Source: Botryllus schlosseri (Eukaryota). From it: a DNA stretch of 64,000 nt. The position numbers were made by a program, and so were the translations under genes. Below are positions 1-14,247 of this stretch, piece by piece. Location: the NCBI GenBank assembly GCA_051294905.1, contig CM119372.1, positions 6,016,001-6,080,000 on the forward strand. The letters are read 5' to 3'. The first letter of the stretch is position 1. Each line of letters starts with the position of its first letter. Below the pieces are notes generated by a model. It saw only the letters and a list, made by a program, of their open reading frames with translations. It made no database searches and was not told the DNA's origin.

Positions 1-1529
1 CGGGGAAATATTAACAGACCGCGCGAAACACAGCGGAGTCAAATTACTTGATTTGTTGGACATGGTAATATTGATATCAAGACGTCGAATGCTATGTCTC
101 GCAACTCTATTTTGTAGACAGATATATTTTTTGATAAAGTATCAGAACACCGACCGACACATAGCTCCCCAGGCATTATACACCGAGACTTTGCTTCCAC
201 ATGGTCCCATGGTCACCCGCGTTCAATATTTACTCAACGGACGTTAATGAAATATGACAAAAACATACATATATATTGACATTGTAACTTTGTATATTAT
301 GGCATATTATAAAGTAATCTACCGAGCCACATCTCAAATAATCTGCGTTATGTCATTTGCTTAATATACTTATCATTATCCGCAAAAAGTGCAAATCTCT
401 ATGTAGATTCCCATGTTTACAGGCCTTAACTATATCTGTTGCAATATGAAGATATCATTATCAGTTATCATCGACAAATGGAAATGGATACGACATAGAG
501 TGGTAAATCTATTACGAGTCGGCTTCGAGGTTATGCATACCCATTAGACCCCATCATTATACAATTATACCGGTTAGAACAAGTATTGCACTGAATAAGT
601 TGTGTTAAGAATCAATCCAGGAGCGGGCGATTCTTCAATTGGCATATATGCGCGCGTGGCCACAAATAAGTAAGATCGTGTAGCTTGAATGCATAGAAAC
701 TGAATAATATAGCACAAGGAAAAATAAGCAAGAAAACACTCAAATTTTGGCTACTTCGATGATTCCCGTTCGTTGATGGCGTGCGCTTTCATAAATCATA
801 ATTGACGAAATTAAGTTTCCCGGTATTACGCATACAGTATAGGTATCCAAATCAGCATGTTTGTTGGGTGGCATGATGAATTTACTAGCACCCTTTATTT
901 TTATCATAGGTGGCCAGTAACTAAGAACTCTTAATTTCCCGGAGTACTCATGTTTACGTTACCTATATTTACTCAAGCGGTTAAGATTTCAGAACCTTCC
1001 GCTTCACACTTTTCAGGCAAAACCAGACGTACGAATAAACCTACTCTTGCAGATAACTGGAAATCGCCATATCTACTTACAATTGCGTTTACATGCACGA
1101 CGTTAAATCTATACTGTTACTTGAGTGATAGCGTTGACTGTGACCACCTCTGATTCTTACATGCGCCATCTAGGGGCCGCTAACTTGAACAAGCGGATAC
1201 GTTGCCGACACACCTGTCCACTGTCTAGGCTTGACGCGACTACGAAATCATCAGTAAGTATACAGTCCGCTTTCAAACTTAATACTGCTGACCGCAACGA
1301 TTTGCGCATTCGCATATGGAATGAGAGTTACTGTTGTCGATCGCTTCAATTAAAGAAACTACGACCCAGAAATTTATCCCACGTTAAGTCCAAATGCGCC
1401 TATACAAGCTACAGTATTGTCAGCCTTGACACCGACGCCCGAGAACTGCAGCCTATCTTGCGAGCTTTACAGCGTGATCAAGATAGGGCGGCTCGCCTTG
1501 ACCAGTTTATCTTTGCAGGCAGACCCAAG

Positions 1530-4500
1530 CTAAAGCCTGTTGTCATACTCCTCGTCATTAGCTGCAACGCCGCTAACAGCAGGCCCGCTTATCGTACTTT
1601 TCGGCGTGGTACTGCGACTGCTCATCATTTGTTTGCCGTGCTGTACGGCTTCGTCCAACGCGTCGAGCACTTCCTCTTCCTCTTTGCGGGTCTTGCGACT
1701 GGTAGCTTCTCTCGCCAGCTGGCGGGCCAACGATGGGGTGTATATCGAATCGCCGCGAGTTATGTTCGGCGCTTGGTGGCCGCTCGGATCGCCTTCGTTC
1801 GATTGGTTTTCCTCTAGGAGGCTGGGAGGCGGTGGCGGCAAAGCGTCTTTAGTTTCTTTGGACTGCGATCTGCGAGCGGATGAAAGCATGATAATTTGGC
1901 TGGTGACAGTAACAAGCAGGGTTGTAATGACTCGAGTCACCATATTTTGGCGACTCGACTGGAATCGAGTCAGTTTTTGCATTGACTCGACTGGTACTCG
2001 AGTCATTGTGCATGGCTCAAACCAACCCATATGACTCGAAACTAGGACGGCCAAGACAAACATTTCACCGTAACTTCGAATAATAGTGAAGTCACCACAT
2101 TATTGGTATTTCGTCTATCAGTCCTGATACTTGGAAAATAGGGCCAGAAACTGTTAGAACTGAGGAAAATTACGATAATATGAATGCAGCCATTCTATAT
2201 CACTGGAGCCGAGTTTAAAAAGTGGGTTGAACCGGATTGAACTCAAAACTAAACAGTGAACACTCTGACTTGGACTCGGACTCAAGTCACAACACTATGA
2301 CTTGGACTCGACCCTCTACTCACTGACTCGGACTTGACTCGGACTCGGTGGCGGATAGAAAATGACTCGACTTAACTCGAGTCAAAACTATAAAAGTGAG
2401 ACTGTGGTCTGTGTGCAATAGATTAAGCTGGAATTTAGAAGACTTCACAATTATAATCCAATGTTTACAATCTAAAATCATAGACAATTGACTAATTAGT
2501 ATACACGTCGGCGAAGCCTACTTGGGTACTTCGTAACTAACGACCTCTACTTATAAGTGTCCAGACGCAGCCTTCGTAGTTTATTTCATGTCCAACTATA
2601 ACAGTGGCTGTAATGTTGCTCAAGTATATGCTCTTTACTTTTGGAAATATAATGCGGTTATCAGCGAAGGAGTTTGATATCGGTTTTAATGTTATCGGCT
2701 CACAAATCCGATATAGGACGGGCTATAATAAAATTTTACTTACGTGGGCGGAGGTGGCGCTTTCCTTCTTGTATCTCTCCGGCTGTGATCAACCGTCGCA
2801 TACGTAGGCTGCGTATTAGCAGCAGTAGCAGGCCCAGGTGTTGAAATAACATGCCCGTCCGACGGTTGAGAGTTTATTATTGCCGGTTTCGCGGGAACCG
2901 GCGGCTTCGAAGATGGCGCGGGAGACAGAGGATCTTGTGGTTGTGATGGCGCACTCTCGAAATCGATGTCCACAATTTTGGTTTTAGTAGACCTACGTTC
3001 GAGCTTTTTGTTGTTGCCACGACTATATAGAAAACTAGTCGGGTCGTTGAGAGTGTCGTAATTGATTTCCTTCGGTCTAGAATCTTTCTGTGGGGGAGGA
3101 GACGGTGCCGTTCTGCTCTGTCTGTTTTGGTCATGCCTTGCAATGGCTACGGGACTCTCGGGTTGATAGTGATATTCAGGATACTCTTGTGAGGACGTTC
3201 TCTCTAGCCTTGCTTCCTGCGGGTGAGAATGCGCCATTCTCTGCGGTATTGGATACAGTTCGTCATCGTCGGGACCTTCGTCATCGAAGTATTCTCTCTC
3301 GTCGTAGTGTGTCTCCATAGGTTCTCTGGTTTGATAATGGTGGTTTCTACGTTCGTCTTCGTCGTATCGTCTGGAGGTGTAGCCTACAAAATGAAGTATG
3401 ATCACTATTGATCAAGAATATATATGTTTCGATACATTTCCTTTACGCTCACTTTGCCATGAGATCCGGGTAAACGATATCTTACAAAAACCTACAACGA
3501 AAGCCTATAGTACGAACTATATTACTACTTTGACCATATCTGCATGTAAGCTATAAGAAGTAGATCCATATTCCCAGTCTAGCAGTCGCGGATTCTAGCT
3601 CCCCGACACGCCACGAAAATTGGCAATATTTTCTCTCCACTGACCTATATTTCTTTTAAAGTATATTGTCGATACGATATTGGCAAACCGATACTCGGTA
3701 GGGCTCTAGTCTGGTGCAATCTTAGCGAAAAGAGTGTGTATTCACGTCCAAAGGGCCGAAAAGTTTTGGTACACGAAAACATAACCTAATTCAGAATGAT
3801 ATCGCTGTCATAAATCCCGCGTGTGGACGACGTCCATACCTGCCTACGTTCGCACGTGCATTAGGGCTGTTCAAAAATAACTTTTTTCCCTGATTCCAGC
3901 CATTTACAGATTAAATTGTCAGATTACCCTAAAAAACCCTGCACACCAAATTTGGTTCAATTCTGACGAGTATAGGACTCCGCAGATCCAATTGTTTGTT
4001 TGTTTTGGGGTATTCATCGTGTTTGTCGACTACTATGGTCATTTACACCAGGCCGATATTCTTCTTATTTTCCGTAACTGCCGACTTATAGCACGGCCCA
4101 CCTCTAGGCTTTTGTAAGACACCGCTGATGAGGATGAGGTGGCGAGGACGCAGATCCAGTTAAAGTGTTTAATATATTAGGCAGATAAATCTCGGATTAT
4201 CCTTTAGTAGTGGATAATCCGAGAATTATCAATGAAAAACTCAAATAACTACGCTTCTACTGGTTGGAATCGAGTAAAAAATGACGTCATGACATGACGT
4301 CATAAAAGTAGGAAAACTGACAAAGCGGCGACGGAATTATTAAATCTATTCACTCAATTGCTTTTTACCAACCGGGATTCGCGATTCCCTCTGCGTGATG
4401 ATGTCCCACATGCCCATTCCGCGTCTCGTAGGTGCTCGCGGCAGCCTATTCAAAATACACCTTCAACATACCGTGTTATGAAATAGCGTTCTGCGACTCA

Positions 4501-7500
4501 CCATTCGATTCGTAAAATGTTTCGCTCCCGTACCGTCCACTGTCCCGTTTCCAGGATTGACTTGCTCAAGTTCGTACTGCTGATGCTTATGTTTTGCGAC
4601 GCGCCACGGCAGCACAAGGTTGAAGTAGATGAACGCGAACGCGGCGAAAAAGTTTTTCAGCAGGAAAAGCGTGCTTGTCTCCAAAACCAGTGTTGATCCG
4701 AAAGTGCAATAAATCGAGATCCGAAGGATGAAGAATGGCACGTCTTGAAATATCACGGTCATGCTGGACCTGCACCAAAGTACGTGATTCAAAGTGGTCG
4801 CGTTACAAATTAAAGTGAATAACAATATGTTCGTATATTAATCTGAGATCACAGATGGAACATCAAGAGAAGGCATGGCGAAGTTTCATATTTTCAATGC
4901 TTTAAAATGAGGTCATCGACGCTGTGCCATGGTTAAAAAATTGTCACGCATCCCTCCGCCCCCCCCCCCCAAAAAAAAATACTTTTTTGTCAGATTTTCA
5001 CCCTGATATGGCTACGCCTATACTGATGACATCTCATCAGACTTGTACCACTACATAATTGTATTTGTCAAATATTAGACTAATTAGAGCCGGTAATCTA
5101 ATTATACTCTAACAGCGAAATGTTTTTACGGTTTAATTTTAAAATTCGAATAAAAATTGCGGATTTATTGAAAATATACATACCTTGAATCATACTTGGT
5201 GTACTGACATTTTCAATTTCATGTTCATGATCATTAAATCTGATTTGATATGAACTGAACAAGATTTTGGTTGCATTTCTTTCTAATCCGGAATTTGATT
5301 CAATTTCAATTCAATTCTTTGCGAATTCAGTAATTCTTGTTTTTTTTTAATTTGGGGTATTCCATGGTGTTTGTCGTCATTTTTATTCCGTAACTGCCGA
5401 CTTATAGCACGACCCACCTCTAGGATTTTTGTAAGACTCCGCATACGCGGATGAAGTGGCAAATTCAGTAATTCTATTTCTCATCTAATTTGGAAAATCT
5501 GAAAACTTTCTCCAATTATCCAACTCTACATCTCATATTACCTGATTGCTGAATTCTGACTGAATACCAGTGGTATTAGGCTTAGCGCCGAAAGAATGTA
5601 GACCGCATATATCCACGACGTTTGAAATATCACGGTATCGCCGCCCGCGGGGAGTATCGAAAGTCCCAAGATGAGTCTGGTGTCGTACGCCAGCATCAAG
5701 TCGCGTAGAAGATTTTCCGGCCTGCGTATACAACGCGTACAGTGATACGAATTCGACATTAAAACTATCACTCATAATTTCGACCTAGCATCCTTCCATT
5801 TAAGATTCCGCGTTATCCTTTGCCGCAAAGAACCGCCCCGTCGCTCGTACAGTAAAGACCGGTGCGACAACGAGCTACGTCGGCTTACTGTCGCAATCGC
5901 TTCATCCACGGACGACGAAGAATAGCCTGTAACAATACCCCCTTTCGTTTAGGATTAGGAATAGAGACGTACCCTGAGATACAAAATGCGTGCTATCGCT
6001 CTGTAATAAAGAAGATACGATACACACGAATTTGTCGAGAGATGCTTGATGCGTACGGCCCATCCAAATAGTGTGAACCCGCGCACCATTAGCATTCATT
6101 GACATCGTTTTTGTATTCAACTAAAGAGCCGCTGAACAATGAACAAACTGAACATATGTCACACAGAGTGACATTTGAATTCGCGACATAGTGTGCGTGT
6201 AATGTGATTATCCAGAGACAATGACCGTAAATCGTTACGACTGTGCGTTAATAAATATTTGTGTGCACTTAGTGCAAGTGCATTCTTTAAAAAGCATAAA
6301 CAGGTTCGAGGAAATGATTTGACGCGCGCTCCTATTTATTCTAGAATCAGACTGTATAACATCCAAATTTAATTTACTCGTATCATGTAACTGTAATCTG
6401 TGGTGATATAATGTTTAGAAATACTCTACATACGTAAAGTAGACCTACACAACAATAACATGAGTTCGTGAGACTACGCTCTCACTCGATAATATATCTG
6501 CGCTGGCTGGCAGTTCATAATTGCGGATATTGTGAGTCAGGAAATTATTTTGCGCGTATGTATAACTATTAACTAACATATGCAGAAGGATTTCGTTTTT
6601 AATCAGATTCCCTAATGTCTACGTGGTCACACGCAATTTGACCTGGGCACTAACCATATAGTATTGCTGTAGTCGGATTGAAACATTCGATCCAACCTTT
6701 TTCGGCTTACAATTGTATAATAATCTGGTGCTAGTGTATGATAGGAAAGTACTAAAAGAGGAGTGCGCATTGCACAATGTATTGAGTGGCATATGACACC
6801 GGAACATATATATTATCGAGATAGATATTGTGTGATTCGATCTTACCTCTTCCTTCGGAACGCTTACGTCCATCGTAGTCTGCGTATAGATATTTTTTTG
6901 TTCGTACAGTGTCATCCGTACTGCGCAGCTTTATGTATCGAATTTTCTCTGACCAATCTACGGACAGGTTGAAATATTACTGACACGAATCCAATTAATC
7001 GCCATCCTCCCTCGTGAGCGCTATATTCACGAACACTAGTTTCCGACTGCATGCTTTTGTGGGCAAGACATAAGTACGACTGTTCCTTTTACATCTTTAT
7101 TTAAAATATCCATGTCTAATTTTGATTTTAGGTTAGTGAAACGGAATCTCGCAGTAATTTGAAAACAATAAGGCTATTTGGACATATGTTAACCGCCAAC
7201 GATCTTGCAAACCGCGGAATTTTTTTCGAACAAACGTTTGATCTGCCAACGTATTGCGTTTGCGAAATGATTGTTGACAAGTCAACCGGATTTCACTTGT
7301 CGTCAGCAATGCCCAATCTAGGTAGACGTTCTATAATTGCTAACGACCAATGCTAACTTGGAATCCCTAGCCGCAAATGACATTTCAATTTTTCCCTCTT
7401 AGTCAGTCGCAGTCATTGAAATTTTCAACAGATCAGACAGAATACAACAGATAAGAGGGTGTCGAAACGACATAGAGTATACTTTTAATCAGACACCCAC

Positions 7501-9454
7501 CTTGGTCCAGAGATTTTCACCTAGAGACCTGTGGACCGACAATCGCTAATTTACATCTATTGTCATTTTTATATTATGACAACTAGTCGACACGAATCTG
7601 TCTTCAGGTAATTTAAATATACAAGATAGAGAAACAGGTCAATAAAAACCGTGGGTATTCTTCTTCATAGTTCTTTTGCTTACGCCCTAATTAGAACGAG
7701 GTGTGTTTTCGGATACTGAGAGTGATTGTAAACAAATCACAAGAATATCATATTGGCATTTTTTGAAACTCCGCGTCCTCGACTGTCGGTTAGTGATTCA
7801 AATCTGATTCTTAGCCTACTGAATGTTTTCCACATACTCGACTGTCTTATCAGAAGTTATATAATTCTTCATAATCATAATAGCCTTCATGTAGTCTATA
7901 ACTCACCTGTCACGACCATCATAATTATCAACGTCTCCAAAGGTGCTCCCTTAAAATAATCGAAACACATATCCGGCTGTCGGACGCACACTTCATGACC
8001 TGCCAATACCAACGCCACGCACGGTATATAGGCGAAAATGATATAGAGCACATTCCCAGGAAACCTGGAACAAAATATCATAAAATGAGCAAATGTATCA
8101 CCGTGCTAATGATTTCATATATAGCTAGATAATTCCATTTCTTTTGAAATACTCGGCTTTAATTCAAGTGACGCTATCAGCAGTAATGTAAATATAGTAC
8201 TACAGCATACACACGTGCCGGGTTTTGGACCACATGTCACGGAGTCTTCGAATACCGCGACGACGTTTTGGTTAAAAATATCCTATTCATTGGGGTCATT
8301 AGAATCATCACCAGATGCGTACAGGTACAGGGTTCCTGAATAGGACTTTATATATTTTTGTCCTTGATATTTTACTGCATATACAATGTATGTATGTATA
8401 TTAGTTATATGTATATTATAGATACACCGGCTCGTGACATAACACACAGTCTGTGCGTATCATGCATGGAGCATGAGTGCATGATTTACATATGCCGCTG
8501 AACAAGGGAGGTGCATATATAGCCTAGTAGGGCTTTTTATATCAGCCTTGTAACCAATCCTTCAAGCTATCCCGAGACGCCAAGCGGGGAACCCAAAGAT
8601 GCCAGTCTTACCAATCAGATCTTTGGTCTGACCCGATCGGGGATTGAACCCGCATGACCTATCGATCAAGAAGCCGGCCGCTCCACCATTACGCAATCTT
8701 GTAGTTTCAGTTATGATATTTGTAATGTTTTGCATCCGGAGGACAAGCAGTAAGGGTCGCGGGAAAATAAGGTAATGGATCACTGGGCTGTAGTAAACAG
8801 CAGAGGTGGTGGTCAGTAGCTAAGCATTTTTATTTTTCGAAGTACTTTTAGTGGATATTAAGTACTCGCACTACTCAAGTGGCTATAATCTTATAATACT
8901 ACTTCTACTTGACTTTTACTCAACAACAACAACGTACTTCTTTACTTACTTGTAAATCACTACTTCCACTTCTACTTGAGTGCCGACGGTGACTGCTTTG
9001 ACCACTTCTGGTGTAGGTAGACTGAAAACTTGTGAGGGGTAAGTAGAAATTTGGGAGTTTCGAATTTGGTTGTAAATGACGCCAATAGTAATTTACTGTC
9101 ATGTCAGTACAAATATCCTCAAAATGTCTCAGTCTAGAGTTGGAGGCAGCCATATCGATGTACCCCAAAGTGAATTTGTGATTCAACTCACCATAACCCT
9201 TCATAAGGCCGGTATACTTTCTTCCAAGTAATCAGTAGCTTTGCTGGTATCCAGATTAGCAATGTTATCCCGGTCACATAGGCTATTATTGCAGATATGA
9301 AGAGCCAATACGTCGTGGAATCGTCGACAGGGGGACAACCGTCCACGCATTCTTTTGTAGCTAGTCTTTGTCCGGTAACAAATATTGGCGTTGCGAAGGC
9401 GCATAATTGAAATGCTTCCATGCATATTTTTTTAATAGTTTTAGAATTCGGCAT
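1530..9454 (-). CDS. TMEM236: TMEM236-like multi-pass membrane protein with long low-complexity C-terminal tail (9 exons, ~724 aa)
   Basis: Exons (minus strand): 9454-9192, 8064-7907, 6957-6847, 5926-5785, 5721-5542, 4769-4502, 4445-4373, 3383-2744, 1869-1530. All introns are GT-AG with matching phases; total 2175 nt = 725 codons. Motifs match recalled TMEM236: N-terminal 'MEAFQLCAFATP..TYWLFISAIIAYVTGITLLIWIPAK', 'DWSEKIRYIKLR', 'TSWIYAVYILS', 'QDVPFFILR..LLKNFF..FIYFN'. Confidence 0.85.
8450..8695 (-). mobile_element. Second tRNA-related SINE-like repeat
   Basis: B-box-like GGGTTCAATCCC followed by 'TCAGACCAAAGA'. A diverged copy lies at ~31710-31900 (+). Confidence 0.55.
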
Positions 9455-11489
9455 CGCGAAGTGTTTCTCGTCAAAAGTTATTTATCGCCAAACCGTTGTA
9501 TTGCTATTACTCGAAGCAGTCTCTTCTACAATATATAGTTATCTGCGTGGAAGGCGTTTGCAATAACCAGAAGAGGTCAAATGGACCATCGGCACTGAAG
9601 TAAAACTGGGATTTACACTGCTTTCTTTATAGGCATGTCGAAATGCCCCGCGATAGCCGTAACCAATAGGATTTGGAATCACTTAAGATAAGTTATCCTG
9701 CAATGGTGCGTAATCGGAATAATTCATCGAAATATTTCAACAACAGATGCATTCACTGAAATTGATAAACAGCGCTATAGATAGAGCACAATGATGTTAG
9801 CCTACTTATACGATATAACACAGAACTGAAGCAAATCTACCTCAGTAACTTGTAAGGGATGGCTAGTTTTGATTGCATAAAACAGGTGAGAAACACTGAA
9901 ATATAGCATCGTCATAGTGACAGATTCATTCGCATATTCACACCATCATTCGTAAACTATGTTAATCCTGGTAGAACGAGATGTTTTAAATGGGTCTCTA
10001 GCGGGGCAGTAGCCTACATGCTACATCACTGCATATAGTGCTTATATGTATCCCCTTCAGTAACATTTTCCTATATTACTAAATCTCCAGACATAATGTA
10101 TATAGTTTCGAATTTTGGATTTGAAATTAACTCCGGATGGGTGAAAATAGGAATTTGTATTTCAGAATTTACACAGGATTTAGTATGCATGGTGAAAATT
10201 CGAATAATTTGGAATTGTTTAACTTCCGATTTTAAAACTTGAGATTCCTGGTTGGAGTGGAGTCATCACCACATATGATGACCTAGACATTAGCCTGGTA
10301 CGAAATGACTTCAGGCTTTGGGATTCCGAAATATTTAATCCGATCATAATCGCTAAATCCGTAACTAGCGTTGCCAGTTGACATTTGCCACGAAAATATT
10401 CCACTTTCAGCGAACAACTGCAGCTAGCATGCCTCATATTGCCTATACTCACTAAAAGCCGCAGTAACTGATCGATTATTGCTTTAAGATCCACATGCAG
10501 CTATAAATTTTGTCCATTCTGTAGATGATTGGACGTCTGCACCCCTCGCCCTGTCTTGCGACCGCGGTAAACTCAAAAACTCACGGTTGCACGCAGCAGT
10601 GTGAACTAAAAACGACAAATCCCTAAATCAGCCAGTAACTTCACTTGAAAATCTTCTAAATTTTGGGTTGACGAGTCTCAATTCACCTTCGTTAGATCTT
10701 ATACTAGTAACAACTCTGCCTGACCTGTTTTAAGTTCTTTGTTAAATATTGCGCATGCAATTGGTAGTTTCGTCACTGTTTATCCGCACCTATGCGAGAG
10801 CAAACAGTGGGGTATTGTGACGGAATGGTACCGAACAGCGGCATTGTAATCACGTGTCGGTCTATATATGAGAGATCGATATTGCAATCGTACGGCTATG
10901 ACAACTCACAATGCATGAGCTTTAATCTTATATAGGAGGGTAAAAAAACCGCACCATCACAAACACGCAAATATTGATGCATGCAGGAATGATATAACGA
11001 CTGTACCATGAAAGAATGCGTTGCGGAATGCCAAATATGACAGCTAAATAATACATAGAAACTTGAGCACACATTCGCATCGAGGGAGGTCTGCTCGAAT
11101 AGGGACAGGCACAGATTCGTAATCGATTCGAATCATTTTATCATGCCGTATGATTCGAATAGGGACGTTCTAATATCGAACCAGATCGATGCGAGTCAAC
11201 GGGATTATAATCACACTGCGAGTACTGGAGATATTTGTTGGGTGAAATAAGTTTACCATATTATGGAATCGAGAAACGGGGAAACTTTTTCAAAATTAGA
11301 ATACTGGACTCAAATCTGAAAAGAATGGTAGTTTTCCACGATATTGTAGTTGGTTGACTAAAAAAAGAACGTATGGTAAAGCGATCTGAATTGTTTGCTC
11401 TCAATATTGATGGTAATGTGATTTAGAGTCGTGTGTGAAGATCTGCATCGCACGTAGGCATCCACCCTACAATCGTGACAGGCCGCAAC

Positions 11490-14247
11490 TCATCGGGGCG
11501 GTCTGTCCACAAAACGATAAACACGCGATGACGGGAAACCCCAATCGCAGTCTACAGGCAATGCGTATTCCTTCTCAATTTCGACATGATCTGACAACAC
11601 CGATAAGCCATGCCGACCGGGATCACCCAGCAATATGGTGGATTCGGGACAAGCAAGTTGCATACTACGTAGTAACAAAAACAGTCTGGAAGCTACATCC
11701 TCATCATAACACATGTCGCCGATCAACACTACGTTGAATAACGCTTGTTGCCCCTCACAAGTATTTTGCATCGCGAGATCTTGCGATTTCATGTCTTTTT
11801 TTAAAGGCTCGTTGAAATCAGTGGGGAGAAGATCCAAGCAGTGGAATCTCACCTGTTCCAGTCCCTTGTTCTCTAAAAGGTGAAAATGTAGCGTTACTCA
11901 AAGATGGGTAAAACGTCAACTGCTAATAGTATCAGGAAAGCGTTAAGAAAACATGTAATTCATACTTTCCAGTCAGATGTAACAAACATGAATGATTTAC
12001 AAGACATCAATAGCTTATGCAAGAGCACGCCTGTCTTAGTCATCACTATGGCATATGCCTGTGCGCAATACAACCCATATAACGCAAAGTTACCGCCATT
12101 TGGCGATGGTCAAAGTAACCAGCACTCTCGCACAAATACGAGTAGAAGTAGCTACTTCCAGAGGAATTCGAAGGTCACAAACTACTATGTAGTTTTGAAA
12201 AGGAAATTTAGGTGAAGGATCGCATACGTTTGGCAGATAATTGGAGAACTTCAATATCCAACTTAAAAGTATATTCATATTGAAATGAAACCAAATATTT
12301 TCTGCTGACACTCGTCAGGGGTAATCGTCAGCAACTAGTAGAGAATTCAAAAGAACATCGTATATCAACAATCGTATCACAAAATATGACGGCACCAGCA
12401 TGAAATTTCGAATATGAGAGCATTAAATGTACCATTTTTAGATGGTACATGAGCTCCTTTTGTTGAATGGTTAAATATAAGTTGAACTAATCTAAAAACA
12501 TGACAAACCGAGTGATAGCAGTGATAGTAGCAAATAAAATAATCGAGCGCTTCAAAAGAGTGGTAGTGCATCGTTACTGACCGACTGTGCTGTTATTCAG
12601 ACGTATATTCATTTTCATGGCTTCATTCGCCACTGGGTCGATGTCATTTGCAACGACGAAAGCGGCCCCGCACATAGCTGCTGCAATTGACAACGCTCCA
12701 GATCCGCTTCCAATATCAAGTACAGTCTGACAAAAAATACGTTGCAACTCTCATGTAAAGGATACGGAACGAGCTATTTATGATGAATTGTCTGTACCAG
12801 TAGGCTATATCATAAATGTAGGCGGATATGTTAGATTACAGAAGATTTTCTCCTGCATCAACGAGGGGCTGAATAATCTTTTCACATATGCTACTATATT
12901 TAAGAATTACCAAATCAGTAAGCTGAAACAACTCATGGTGATGAGTAGCCTATATATTTTAGAAAATGTTTAAGACAAAAATTATGAATTGTGATAATTT
13001 ACAAAGATGTGATTTATGAGATTTATTAATTAGGTATCGTAAAACTAGGGACATGTTTTCACGAGGTTGGTTTACTTGCCCGCGTCTCAGATAGATTGTG
13101 GAAATTGTGGATGTATTATTACATTGATCGTATCATAAAAAGATCAACAAAATTTGAGGGATGCTGGCATGCTGCAACTGAATGGTATTGGAGTTTTGAT
13201 CCAATCCTTCCCCTTGAGGTTCACAATGCTACCACGATCAAGAATTCAAGATGATGCATGGAGTACGGTGTCCTATGATAATTTGAAACTAAGTTAGTAT
13301 TTGTGTGTTGTTTTATTAGTAAAGGGATTTCATGTCCAGTACACTGTCTTATTCATACCGCAAAGTGTTCCCGAAGATCATCAGCGATTAATTCTCTCAA
13401 TGAACATGCCAAAAAGTTACGACCTTTCGCATCATTATCTACTGTGCTCTCCACTGAACTCGATATATGCAAAACGAACATCCAAGCGTTTATTTTTGGT
13501 TTGGGGTTTTGTAGCAGCATTCATAAACCTTATCTCCAATCTTAAACTAAGCAAACCTGAGCCTAACTTGATTATAATCAACAAGAGTAGCCTATTCCAG
13601 CATATATAGATGTCTGGTCTAGACAGGAAATCTGTCAGCTTCATTTATATCACAGGCGACCAATTAAAAAATTTCTTGGAATACACAGTTGATGATCATA
13701 TGAAACTCCATCCATTTTTGTCATGTTCTATATTCACAGAGAACACTGATTGGTGCTGGTCATGAGGAGCACTTCTTGATGTGTATAAGAAAGTAGGCTA
13801 CACCAAACCCAAGATTTCAAGCTAGCTAGACTACTATATTAAAATACATCTATACCTTATTTTTACAAATCCACGGGTTATCCAGCAGGTAGCGACATAA
13901 TGCTTGTCCTCCGGGCCAGAAAAAAGCCCAATACGGATCGCTGACTGGACAATCTTCGGGTGGAGACCTCCATAATTTACACTGCGATGTGATGAGGTGA
14001 AGTTTTATTTCAGGTACCAGAGGAGCGCCTGCATGTGCAATGGAATTAAATTGAGGATCAAATAACACTGGGAATAATCACACTCACTTGTTTGAACGGT
14101 TATATTTCCAATTATATCGCACAGTCTTAAACTATGTTCATTTGTCTGAAGACCCCTGATCTGAGAGGCGGTATTGGTAGCGTTGGTGGAGTAGAGGAAA
14201 TTGCCAAACACATTCCGTGTCCCTCTGAAGTTCAATCTTCTCAACAT
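11490..14247 (-). CDS. ETFBKMT: Electron transfer flavoprotein beta subunit lysine methyltransferase (METTL20 family), 4 exons, ~286 aa
   Basis: Exons 14247-14088, 14028-13856, 12726-12582, 11872-11490 (861 nt, phases consistent). Contains 'PEIKLHLIT', '[22 protein letters not shown]', SAM motif I 'VLDIGSGSG', 'NDIDP', 'GDMCYD' and 'LLGDPGR'. The Arg-rich, acid-free N-terminus ([12 protein letters not shown]..) resembles a mitochondrial presequence. Confidence 0.92.

Noticed and set aside
1125..2034. Long plus-strand ORFs (230 aa and 164 aa)
   Set aside because: Antisense shadows of the last TMEM236-like exon and 3' UTR; no recognisable motifs.
5927..6130. Extra TMEM236 exon candidates (72-aa ORF 5902-6120)
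   Set aside because: Exon 3 joins exon 4 in phase without them, and the candidate acceptors near 6120-6132 hit stops in the required frame.
12300..12345. CTGACGA-containing hairpin, also at ~51445-51480, suggestive of a hammerhead ribozyme
   Set aside because: I could not build a canonical stem II/III and cleavage triplet. Treated as an unclassified short repeat; an Infernal search would settle it.
13150..13800. Possible scrambled LINE RT remnants in ETFBKMT intron 2
   Set aside because: Only faint motif echoes (e.g. 'TDFLSRP'); too degraded to support a call.
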